A stretch of DNA of 63,836 bases, the filler included, from Pirum gemmata (lineage: Eukaryota), in assembly GCA_002812295.1 (NCBI GenBank). It is 31 parts of 31 records of this genome, joined end to end, with 100 filler letters (N's around TTAATTAATTAA, not from the genome) between each part and the next. Parts side by side here need not be neighbours in the genome. Positions count along the whole stretch, not along the records: positions 35,312 to 37,195 come from PDIN01010642.1; positions 37,296 to 39,161 come from PDIN01010643.1; positions 39,262 to 41,111 come from PDIN01010644.1; positions 41,212 to 43,046 come from PDIN01010645.1; positions 43,147 to 45,012 come from PDIN01010646.1; positions 45,113 to 46,996 come from PDIN01010647.1; positions 47,097 to 48,963 come from PDIN01010648.1; 24 more parts are not named here. One strand, 5' to 3'. The translations under genes were made by a program, and so were the position numbers. This document shows, piece after piece, positions 36,601 through 48,585 of the stretch; positions within the stretch are counted from its first letter, which is position 1; each line of letters starts with the position of its first letter. The notes under the pieces were generated by a model. That model was not told the origin of the DNA. It searched no databases and saw only the letters and a list, made by a program, of their open reading frames with translations.

Positions 36601-38404
36601 ATTTTACTTTTTTCAAAGACCCTCAGCAGTCACTCAGCCAACCACTCTCTCTAGCTCTAGCTAGCTAGTAGGTAGTAACTCTCTAGCTAGTAGAGCTCTC
36701 TCTAGTAGCTCTACGTAGCTAGCTAGCTAGCTAGCTAGTAGAGAGAAGTCAAAGAGTAACCAAAGAATGTCAAAGACCAGTCAATTTGAGTCAAACTGAG
36801 TTCAAACAGTGTTCAAACTTCAAACTGTCATTCAGGAGATTCAGGTCATTCTGTCAAAGACCAGCTCAAAGACCAGCTCAAAGACCGCTGACTCAAGTCG
36901 CACTCTCAAAATCTCTCAAAGTACTCTCAAAGATCGCCAGAAGATCGCTGACAGTATTTTATATAATTACAAGGACTTCAAGTCCTTGATGATTTTTAAG
37001 TTAATATTAATTATTATGTTTTTTTTTATAATTATTATGATAGTCAAAAATAATTATTATATTATAATAAATATCAGATAAATGATTTAAATTATTTATT
37101 ATATCGTGCTTTTCAGTTGTTTTGTCATCATAAAATGTACAATAAAGAGTACCAAATTAATACAATACAAATCCATTTCATTTAATTTGGTATTTNNNNN
37201 NNNNNNNNNNNNNNNNNNNNNNNNNNNNNNNNNNNNNNNTTAATTAATTAANNNNNNNNNNNNNNNNNNNNNNNNNNNNNNNNNNNNNNNNNNNNATATT
37301 GATATAAAAATATAATAATATTGTATTATAATTATGTTTTAATTAATATTATAAACAATATGACTACTTTGACGGGTTTTACATTTACAGCTTGCAACCT
37401 TGAACTATTCACTTTTTTAAATTAAAAGACCAGCTGATTAAGACTCATTGTAGAAAAAGTTTAACCTGGTGCTATCATTCATAACAAGCTGGAAAATTTT
37501 AAGTACACATGCCTATGCAGCCTATCACCATTCCTATACAATTATTGCTATAGCTGTAATGCTGAAAATAGCTATCAACACAACTAGATCTAGATCTAGA
37601 ACTACAACTACAACTACAACTACAGCTACAAATATCAAAAACTAAAATTATATCCATACAATTTATATATGAAATGTTCATTACATTATCACTATAATAT
37701 TGTAAAACTTTGGTTATATAATGATAACTAATAACAAAAAACACATATCACATTAGTGACGTTACAAGAGCAACAGTGTTCTTAATAAAATCAAGGGAAA
37801 CAACTCTTCGTTTTTCAATTTTTATTCATAATTATATTTGTTAAAAAAGAGGTGTTTAAAATTAAGTTACAAACTTAAGCTTACACGGTAAGAAAGGCAT
37901 GCCGCGAAAAATATCGCAGTTCGATGGTAAAATACACACACATACACACATAAATACCACATTACTATAATGACCAATTATACTTTTCTTTTGTAGATCC
38001 TACTATTGCCATAATTGATTTTTTGATTTCCACGCCTTTGTCATATTAATTAATGTTCTTCCACACGAGATTAAAAATCCATTGCCCACAATGCAATTTT
38101 ACCAATTATATTTACTGTATCTATCTTACGAAAGATAATTCGTTTTATATAAACCAGCGCGCGTATATATTAGTGATTATGTATGTATGTATGTATGTAT
38201 GTATGTATGTATGTGTGTGTGTGTGTGTGAGCGTGCTTCGTTCTGAGAATCCATCACTCAAAAGATCTCCTAATATGCATTTGAGTACCCCTTTAACTCA
38301 GAGGAAAAGCATAACGATACAACCTGCATGCACACGAGGATAGTGCTTTGGTTATCAATTACTATTATTAGTGATATTATTATAAATGTATCACATTCAA
38401 ACCA

Positions 38405-39058
38405 AGCGTGCTATAGGTAGGTGGCTGATCACGCACATCGTTGTCGTAATCAATTTCATCTAGCTGAATGCTAGCTTCTCGGGCCAATGAAATCTATATA
38501 TATATATATATAATATACATTAAATAAAATACCTTTAAAATCTTTTGAAAAAAAATAAAAATAAAAATAAACAAGCAAAATACAAAAAACAAAGGAACCA
38601 ATACTTTACAATCACACCGTATAAATTATAAACTTTTTAAAGAAATCACAATACCTTCTTAAGATCACAAAATTTTGGTGGCTCCTCAGATGGTGTTCTA
38701 GTTACAAAAGTTTTATCAATTGGTTTGCTGTACGTGCGGCCAACCATAGAATTCACTAAACTATTGAAATTAGATTGGGAACTAGAACTATTACTTATTC
38801 CGCTTGTTGCATTGCCCACAGCCACTTGATCCAGTATATCATTCGCCGGTGAATCATCCAATTCACCTTCGCAATAATAGAAAAGTAAGTTGGGAATTAG
38901 AAAATTAGTATTACAATAAAATAAAACATAAACGCATGAATAAAGACCAATACTAATAATAATAACATCATAATCAAAATAAGTACCATTTTCTGGGAGA
39001 TCCGAATAAGTAAATGGTAAATTAACGGACACAGAACCACCAATGTATTTCAAGGTAA
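38405..39058 (-). CDS. Hypothetical multi-exon gene fragment
   Basis: Probable exons TLKYIGGSVSVNLPFTYSDLPEN|, GELDDSPANDILDQV...EPPKFCDLKK|gtattg and tatag|ISLAREASIQLDEIDYDNDVRDQPPTYSTL. No domain recognised. Confidence 0.5.
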
Positions 39059-39486
39059 CTAAAAATAAAAAGAAGATTATAATTATTAAATACATAACGA
39101 ATTAAAAATTAAGAAATGAATTATACTAAAAGTAAGTTCAATGTATAATAATAATAATAATNNNNNNNNNNNNNNNNNNNNNNNNNNNNNNNNNNNNNNN
39201 NNNNNTTAATTAATTAANNNNNNNNNNNNNNNNNNNNNNNNNNNNNNNNNNNNNNNNNNNNATTATTATTATTATTATTATTATTTGTATTATTTGTATT
39301 ATACATGTATAGATATAGATAGTTTTTCCAACGCATCAACATCTTTAAATTTCTTGTTTTCTTCCAATTTAATAATTAGGGAAGTACTGATAAGAGTACA
39401 TTAACAATTTCTACTATTTATTATTTTCAAAACTGCCAAAATGAATATTATATGATATTTAATGTTTTGCTTGTTCCTTATAAATC

Positions 39487-39891
39487 ATGACCACAATAAT
39501 GACTAATATCGTAAGCGAAGACAGTTTATATTGGTCAGGAGAACCCGTACTGACATACTTAAAAGAGGATGAAAAAAGATTAGAAATTAATGACGAAATC
39601 GATAACAACAACAACAATAATAATAATAATAACAATGGTAACAACAATAATCATAGTAACAACAAAAGCAGTAGCAACGACAACAATGATAATGATAATG
39701 AAATCAAACATAAGAATAATGGTAATGTACGTTCCAATAATATCGAAATATCTAAAGTAGGTTTGCAAAACAAATTTCTTGGGTTTAAAAAAGCTAATAA
39801 TAAAAGAAAAAACAAGAACATTGATGTTGACAGCAACAAAAACAACAACTACAACCTCGATGATGGCAAAGACAACTCTAAGAAGCAAAGC

Positions 39892-39955
<64 letters not shown>

Positions 39956-40976
39956 ATGATGAAGCCGATAGTAGTGATTACTCTACTCATCAAAATGTCT
40001 ATACAAATAACGAAGGGAGTGGTATAGAATATGTTAATAGTGATATTGATTCTGAAGATGATTTTGAAGATGAAGATGATGATTGTTTTTATGTTTGTAC
40101 AAACGATACCGACATACAAAAATTGCATAAAATGCTACTTCAAAAGTCAACACCCCCACCACCTGTACCTAATCCTCGTTCAAGCTCAACTTCATCCTCG
40201 CCTAAAGCCGCAGGTTCACCTGCATTGTATAACCCAAGCTCATTACCACAATTATTTGAGCCCCTAGCTCTACCATTACCAAGTCAATCAATTCAAAGTC
40301 AATCTCTTATAATGCAACCACCTCAAAACCAACCACTTCAGAATCAAAACCAATCACATCGAAACCAACCACATCAAAACCAATCTCATCCAAACCAATC
40401 ACATCAAAACCAATCTCATCCAAACCAATCACATCAAAACCTACCACACCAAAGCCAACCGCACCAAAATCAATCTTTAGTTGTACCAATAACGTCGAAA
40501 AGACGACGACGGGGTTCAGTGGATACTTTGGGTTTAGGGTTTGGAAATATGAGTGAACCATTGCCTTTACCTGTAGCATTACAAGAAAAAAATTTACTTG
40601 ATGAAAATAGACGAAAATTGGGAGAAAGAAAGAGCGAAGACTTGCTACTAGTCAAAAATCCTTTAGAAAAATTGGTTAGCTCCGATAACATTTTGGAACG
40701 AGGGAAATATTCTTTTATCAACAATAACAATAATAATTCTGAAAAGACTACTAAGAATAATAGCAATAACGACCCCAACTATGAACGGTTTGAGAGATTT
40801 TCAGGTATATTACAAGAGCAAAACAAAACGAAAGATAAAAGTGATTATGAGGAATTGACAATTTTAAGTGAAAATGCACGAACTCGAGAAACTTCACCAT
40901 TACCTGTGATCCCTAACCCTAAAGAGCAGCCTGTTGGCCCTGTACCAAAGCTAGGAAGTGTAAACGAGCTAATTAG
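39487..40976 (+). CDS. Large low-complexity (N, D/E, S/P, Q/H) exon of an unknown protein
   Basis: About 495-codon open frame with complex segments, a 15-bp QNQSH/PNQSH repeat (~40325-40470) and donor AG|GTATTG after PVPKLGSVNELIR. Start uncertain. Confidence 0.65.
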
Positions 40977-42039
40977 GTATTGTACATTGCATCAACAGCC
41001 AACACACAACAACCAACACACAACAACCAACAACCAACAACCAACAACCACCACTACGACCATCATGACTATCACCACCATCACCATCACCATCACCATC
41101 ACCATCACCATNNNNNNNNNNNNNNNNNNNNNNNNNNNNNNNNNNNNNNNNNNNNTTAATTAATTAANNNNNNNNNNNNNNNNNNNNNNNNNNNNNNNNN
41201 NNNNNNNNNNNTAGGGTTAGGTTTAGGTTTAGGGTTAGGGTTAGGTTTAGGTTTAGGGTTAGGTTTAAGGTTAGGGTTAGGGTTAGGTTAGGGTTAAGGT
41301 TAGAAATAAGCAAATAATGAATAATCACATCAGTTTTCCCAATAAAAAATAAGCAAATAAATAATGAGTAAATCACACCAATTTAAAGTCTACAAGACTT
41401 AAACATTTATTGACTAAACGTGTAAAGTATAATTGAACATTATTAAAAAAAAAAATTGAATTTGAGGCAAAGAGGACATAAATGAAGACTTCTATAAATG
41501 TTTTTTTTTTTTTTTTTTTTTTTTTTTTNNNNNNNNNNNNNNNNNNNNNNNNNNNNNNNNNNNNNNNNNNNNNNNNNNNNNNNNNNNNNNNNNTTAACGC
41601 TAACCCTAACCTTAACCCTAACTAACCCTAACCCTAACCCTAACCCTAACCCTAACCCTAACCCTAACCCTAGCTCTAACTCTTACCCTAACCCTAATCT
41701 TAACTCTTAACCCTAACCCTAACCCTAACGTTAACCTTCACCTTCACCTTCACCTTAACCTTAATTCTAACCTTAACCCTGGCCCTAACCCTAACCTCTC
41801 TCTCTCTTTTTTTCAGTTTTTTTTCCTCCTTATCACTGTTTTTTAGAATTATTATATTATTATTATTATTATTTATTATTATGATTATTATGATTATGGT
41901 TATGATTATGATTAGTATGATTATAATGATTATGATTACTATTATTATTTTGAGTAAATGAAACCAACTTATAAATAAATAATACTTTTTACTTCAATTT
42001 TACAATACCAAATAAGTAATTACATTAATATTCACAAAA

Positions 42040-42231
42040 GTGTATAAACAAAATAAAATACCCAGAATAACAACAAATAACAAACAGCAACAATAAATAA
42101 AAAGTAACCTATAATTTTACGAGGTTGAGAGAAAGGTGAAAGGGTTAAAGCAAACGTATATGAACAAAATAAAATACCCAGAACAACACATTAGTTGGTA
42201 AAAAAGACAAAGGATAATTAATAAAAAATAG

Positions 42232-42292
<61 letters not shown>

Positions 42293-42960
42293 GAAGAATA
42301 AATATCAATTCCAACTTTTTTAGTTTAAAAACAACCCAGAAAAATAAATGATTTCATTAGCTGTATGTTTTAAACAGGTAAAAAAAAACAAAGGATACAT
42401 AGTAACCTATATTATTACGAAGTCAAGAGAAAGGTGAAAGGGTTAAAGCGAATGTATATAAACAAAATAAAATACTCAGAACAACAACACACAGCAACAA
42501 AAAACAAACAGCAACAATAAACAAATAGCAACCTATAATAATACGAGGTTGAGAAAAGGGTGAAAGGGTTAAACAAAAATAAAACACTCAGAGCAACAAC
42601 AAACAACAACAAACAACAAACAGCAACAATAAATAAATAGTAACCTATAATAATACGAGGTTGAGAGAAAGGTAAAAGGGTTAGAGCAAACTTATATAAA
42701 CAAAATAAAATACTCAGAACAACAGCAAACAACAACAAACAACAAACAGCAACAATAAATAAATAATAACCTATAATATGACGAGGTTGAGGGAAAGGTG
42801 AAAGGGTTAAAGGGAACGTATATAAATAAAGTAAAATACTCAGAACAACAACAAACAGCAACAATAAATAAATAGTAACCTATAATAATACGAGGTTGAG
42901 AGAAAGGTGAAGGGTTAAAGCAGACTTATATAAACAAAAATAAAATACCCAGAACATCAA
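42040..42960 (+). repeat. ~105-130 bp tandem minisatellite (6-7 units), interrupted by a polyA tract
   Basis: Core agtaacctataataatacgaggttgagagaaaggtgaaagggttaaagc..tatataaacaaaataaaatac(t/c)cagaac at ~42103, 42401, 42527, 42639, 42766, 42873. Confidence 0.85.
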
Positions 42961-45417
42961 CAAACAACAACAAATAGCAACTAACCCTAACCCTAACCCT
43001 AACCCAGAACAACAACAAACAATAACAAACAACAAATAGCAACTAANNNNNNNNNNNNNNNNNNNNNNNNNNNNNNNNNNNNNNNNNNNNTTAATTAATT
43101 AANNNNNNNNNNNNNNNNNNNNNNNNNNNNNNNNNNNNNNNNNNNNAAAATTATAAAACAGTACCGAATTAATACAATATTGACCCATTTTATTTAACTT
43201 TTTTTAACACCCATTCCGGATAAAATTGAAAAATTCGCCATATGATCAGCAGTGGTGTTAAAAATTATTAGGATTCGAAATTTCAAACATACTAGGAAAA
43301 GGGGCAGATTATTTGTTTTTCAAAAATATTTATATTTCCATCGAATATTTTATAATTATTTACAAATATCATATTATTATACAAAGGGGTAGAATGTTTA
43401 GTTTATTAATTTTATTTGAAAAAACAATATATTATTTTACCCATTAAGTGGTAAACCTATATTTGGCAATTTTACAGCTAAAACTAATGTGGACCAATGA
43501 CTAATAACCACAGACTGATTATCTAACTGGGTTATCAAATAGTATTAAATTTTTTATAATTTTCCCTAGTAATCTTTCTTCCCAAACTTTTCCAATCTGT
43601 CAAGCACCTTAACCTTAACCCTAACCCTAACCCTAACCCTAACCCTAACCCTAACCCTAACCCTAACCCTAACCCTAACCCTTAACCCTAACCCTAATTA
43701 TAACCCTAACCCTAATTACCAAACTAACCCAAACTCTAACAATCCCTAACCCTAACCCTAACCCTAAGCGCTATAACCCCAACCCTAACCCTAAAATTTA
43801 TAACCCTAACGTTAACCTTAACTTTAATTTTAACCCTAACCCTAACCTTAATCTTAACCCTAGCCCTAACCTTAACCCTAACTCTAACCCTAACCCTAAC
43901 CCTAACCTTAACTTAACCTTAACCTTAAAACCTTAAAAACCCTAACCTTAATTAATCTTTTTAACCCTAACCCTAACCTTAAAACTTAACCCTAACCCTA
44001 ACCCTAACCTTAACGCTAATTATAACTCTAACCCTAACCCTAAACCTCCCTAACGCGTTAACACTAACGCTAATCTTAATTTTATAACCCTTGCCAACCC
44101 CTAACGTTTAACGTTAGGGTGACTAAAGCTATATATCATATTTGTGGCAGTGTTCAACACAGTGGTGGAGATTAGGCCTCTCCCAATTTTGCTTTGTTTA
44201 AAAAATCGAGTTTTCGAGCCTATATATATGCATTAATAAAATAATTTCGAAAATTTTAAGCTAACAGTTTTAAGTATTCAAGTTTTAAGGTTAGGGTTAC
44301 GGTTAGCATTAGGATTTGGGTTAGGGTTAGGGTTAAATTAGGGTTTGGATTTGGTTTAGGGTTAGGCTCAGGGGTAGGTGTTGGATTTGGGTTAGGGTTT
44401 TTAGGTTAGGGTTGGTTAGGGTTTGTATTTGGGTAAGGGTTATAAGTTAGGGTTAGGGGGGGGAATAATACTTTCGTTTTGGTTATTTTGTTTATCTTTA
44501 ATTAATTGATTTTATATAATTTTCTAAAAAATTAATGTTTCCATAATCATAATCATAATCATAATCATAATCATAATCATAAACATAAACATAAACAAAA
44601 AAATTAACATATATAATCATAAACATAGACATAATCATAATCATAATCATAATCATAAAATCATATATTAATAATCATAATCATAAACCATAAACCATAA
44701 CCATAACCATAGCCATAACCATAACCATACATTAATATCATGATCATAATAATAATCATAACGATATTCATAATCACAATCATAATCACAATCACAATCG
44801 TAATCATCAAGCCAAACCTTTACATTAGGTATAACTCTAAAACCTTTTCTTACAAAGAAAAAGATTTTAAGATATATTAGTATCAATTATTAATACTATC
44901 ATGATCGTTTTCATTTTCATTTTCATTACCATTATTATTAACATAATCACTATCAATATTATTATGTTTATAATTATTATTATTATCATTGATATTAATA
45001 TTATTAATATTANNNNNNNNNNNNNNNNNNNNNNNNNNNNNNNNNNNNNNNNNNNNTTAATTAATTAANNNNNNNNNNNNNNNNNNNNNNNNNNNNNNNN
45101 NNNNNNNNNNNNGGTTAGGGTAGACAAACAAAAAATGAAAACAAAAAAAAAAAAAAATAGATAATTCATTTTATTATAGATACATTTTATCTAATTTGGC
45201 AGGGTTTTATTTATTTGCTATATTTTTTAATCTTAAAAAAGTCCAATTGTATTTTTTAAGATGCCAAATAGATTCCTCAGAGTAACTCGACCTGTAGATC
45301 TCCTTCCATTTTTTTTTTTTTTTTTTCAAACATATCATTTTCATATAATTTTTTTTTTTTTTTTATCAAAAATATCATTATCATATAATTTTTTTTTTTA
45401 GTCTAATTTTTTTTTAA

Positions 45418-45655
45418 CACTCATGCCGGATAAATTGCAAAATCTGGCATATGAGCAAAACTGACAAAATCTTAAAATGTTCCAATTTTAATAAAAATAC
45501 TACCAAAATTTTAGAAATATTTTATATAAAAAAACTCTATTATGAACCAATAGTCAGTTTTTAATAATATTTGGCTGGTAGAAACTTAGCACCCAAGGTT
45601 TTTGGAAAAGAAGTCTTAAAAAAATGATTTTTTGCAGTTTTATCCGAAAGTGGTG
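45418..45655 (+). mobile_element. TTAA-flanked MITE family D (piggyBac-like)
   Basis: ttaa|cactcatgccggataaattgca ... tgcagttttatccgaaagtggtg|ttaa. Sister copy 45741-45964 is also TTAA-flanked; reverse copy ~25364-25655; fragments ~34075-34210 and ~43208-43245. Confidence 0.7.
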
Positions 45656-46567
45656 TTAAAAAATTCTAGATCATAATAATTTTTTTATTATTATCAGTTT
45701 TTTTTTTTTTTTTTTTTAATTTTAATTTTTTTTTTTTTAACTACCAAGCCGGATAAAAATAGCAATACCTGTCATATGAGCTCAAATCAAAAAATCAAAA
45801 ATGACCCAATTTTAATACAAATACTACCAAATTTGAAAAATATTTTTACTTATAAAACTCTATTATGAACCAATGGCTAGTTTTTAAAATTAATTTGGCT
45901 AGTTTTAATTTAGAAAAGACGTCTTTAAAAAAAATGATTTCGACAGTTTTAACCTGGCTGGCTATTAAAAAAAAAAAAAAAATCTTTTCATGTTTACTTG
46001 ATTTATAAAAAATAAACATAAAAATAAACATAAACATATGATAAACATAAACAAAAACACTACAAAAACTGTAACAAAACATATAATCATAATCATAATC
46101 ATTATCATAATCATAATAATAATTTATTATCATTATCATTATCATTCTTATAATAGCTAATTCATAATCATATTTACATTCATATTCATATTCTTTTTCA
46201 TATTACTCATGGAACCTACCACTAATAACAATAACAATAACAATAACAATAACAATAACAATAACAATAACAATAACAATAACAATAACAATAACAATAA
46301 CAAAAACAAAAACAATAACAATAACAATAACAATATATATTAATAGCTATCTTATTATTTTGCTTTTCTTTTATTTTATCACTCTGGATATTTATTTGGT
46401 TGGTTATAACCGTTAAAATGACATCTCAAATGAATAATTAGATATTAATAAAATATACCAAATTAAAGGAAGTGGATTTATATTGTATGAATTTGGTACT
46501 CTTTATTGTATATTATATATAGAACTCTTAGCAGTAGTAGTCGAGAACTCTCTACTAGTGTCTATTC

Positions 46568-46802
46568 GTCAGAGGGTCATCAATTGATGATCAGGTCATC
46601 AATTGATGACCTTTTTATCTCAAATCCAACGTGGTCGTATTAACACTTTTAATTACGCAATTGAGCCGAAAAGTATATCAAATGAAAGGAAATTACGTCA
46701 ATATTAATTAAGTGAAAGTATCGTGTCATTCATTCTCATTTCTCGAAAAGTTTGTCAAAGTAAAACAGAAAACGTCATCAATTGATGACATGGCGCGCTG
46801 AC
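46568..46802. mobile_element. Putative MITE with three copies of the palindrome (G)TCATCAATTGATGA(C)
   Basis: Palindromes at 46577-46590, 46594-46611 and 46774-46789; outer ends GTCAG...CTGAC. Confidence 0.55.
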
Positions 46803-47420
46803 ACTACCTTTGACATAATTGTGACATTAGACCTAGTCTATATTATAGTTGTTTTGTCATCATAAAACATACCAATAAAACATACCAGATTAACACAATA
46901 TAAATCCATTTAATTTTATTTGGCATGTTTTATTATCTATATATTCATTTAAACATATCAATTTAAATGTTATAACCCACCAAATAAATATTCAGANNNN
47001 NNNNNNNNNNNNNNNNNNNNNNNNNNNNNNNNNNNNNNNNTTAATTAATTAANNNNNNNNNNNNNNNNNNNNNNNNNNNNNNNNNNNNNNNNNNNNATAA
47101 TAATAATAATAATTTTATAATGGAACTTAATTAACAAAATGAGTAAAGACACTAATTCCGCGTACGGACCGGTATTTGTTGAAACAACGCATTAAAAATT
47201 AAAATATTGTTTATTCTTTATTCAAAAATATATAATATAATATAAGTATATAAGTATATATAGCTAGTACTAGTGAACACCACATTACACTACCGTTCTT
47301 TTTTTTTTAATCATATCATACGTCAGATGCATATGTTCAAAAATTTCAAATCTATTTTTTTTAAATACCACATGTTCGAAAAGTGAAAAAAAAAAAAAAA
47401 ATTTATAATACACAACAGTA

Positions 47421-47640
47421 GGGGTGAGATATCCACTGGAACTTTTTTCGAACAGAAGCTTATCGAGCCAACCTTAGTTCCATGTTTTTTACTAATAATA
47501 GCAGTCACATAGCTTTAAATAGTAAATCTAATTAAAGTAGTTACGGATTCAAGTAATAATATTACNAGTAATAAAAACCATAAAAATCGGAAAAGTTCCG
47601 GCAGCTGTTCGGTAATAATAAAATGACGTCATGTCACCCC
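47421..47640 (+). mobile_element. MITE family A copy
   Basis: gta|ggggtgagat...atgtcacccc|tac. Confidence 0.88.
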
Positions 47641-48012
47641 TACTTACACAGCCATTTGCAAGTAACAGTTATTATTTGCACCATATTTGATTTTTTTTCT
47701 TGGATTCCACAAAAGGGACTATTATAGATAGAGAAAACATTGAAAAAAAAAATATATTAATTTTTTTATTATTATATAATATATTATACATATCATAACA
47801 ATTGTTTTTTTAATATGTGCAAACCAACGATAACAAAATAAAGAATATAAAAAAGGAAAAAAAAGAATACACATTAACTTTTGCACTATTATAATAATAT
47901 AATATAATTATAAAATTACATAATTATATAATAAAGCTGATAAGCAAATATTACACAAGGCCTGATTTTTTAAAAAATATTAATACTTTTTATATAATTA
48001 ACAGAATTGATT

Positions 48013-48585
48013 ATGGGAATAATAATGCAATCCAAAATTGCAATTAGTTCTTTCTTGAATTTGGGAAATTTTAAAACGAAAAACAATGCTAAACCTAGTA
48101 CTATTAACAACAAAAACAAAAATTTAAATAACAATAACGTTAACGTTAACAATAAAAATAACAACAAATCTAAAAAGAGAAAAATAAATTATGATAATGA
48201 TAGATTAAACAAACTATTGTTTTCTTGTGTTCTGATTGTATCAGAACACACACAAATTAATGAAATAAAAAATACATGTAATAATAATAAACATAATGGT
48301 AACAATAATTATAAGGATAATCTTAACACAAAAAAAGTTTCTTTCAGTGCTTTGGTTGAGGTGTCCCAGACTTACGAAAAAAGTGTATACTCCCGCTCAT
48401 CACGGTCCAAGAAAATATCCAATGCAAAAATGAGGAGAATAATAGTAGAATTACGAGATTATAAAGAAAAGGAAATGCAAGTTCATCACCAAAGTTTGAA
48501 TAATAATAACTACCACAAATCAGTCTTGATCCGAAAACAAATAAGAAGGGAAAAGTTAATAGAGTTACAATTGCAGTGTTATTAG
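48013..48585 (+). CDS. Phactr/Bni4-type PP1-binding domain protein (apparently intronless)
   Basis: KKVSF (RVxF motif)-SALVEVSQTYEKSVYSR...RRIIVELRDYKEKEMQVHHQSLNNNNYH resembles the Phactr/Bni4 C-terminus (F...VEV...YDR...I..ELN.FK..EM.VH..S....FH). Confidence 0.65.
   Translation: MGIIMQSKIAISSFLNLGNFKTKNNAKPSTINNKNKNLNNNNVNVNNKNNNKSKKRKINYDNDRLNKLLFSCVLIVSEHTQINEIKNTCNNNKHNGNNNYKDNLNTKKVSFSALVEVSQTYEKSVYSRSSRSKKISNAKMRRIIVELRDYKEKEMQVHHQSLNNNNYHKSVLIRKQIRREKLIELQLQCY

Noticed and set aside
40900..40976. Start of a RasGEF REM domain (and of a PH domain at 2045-2080)
   Set aside because: Only ~10-15 residues are visible before the intron, too little to support a call.
42040..42960. CRISPR-like array or 149-aa repeat membrane protein (42415-42864)
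   Set aside because: Inter-core segments are homologous low-complexity sequence rather than unique spacers, there are no cas genes, the context is eukaryotic, and the ORF is just the repeat read through.
43608..44456. CCCTAA...TTAGGG bracket as a telomere-capped nanochromosome or chromosome-fusion site
   Set aside because: Arrays are degenerate, internal and flanked by ordinary sequence, and the orientation is opposite to an end-to-end fusion. Genes elsewhere splice straight across such arrays.
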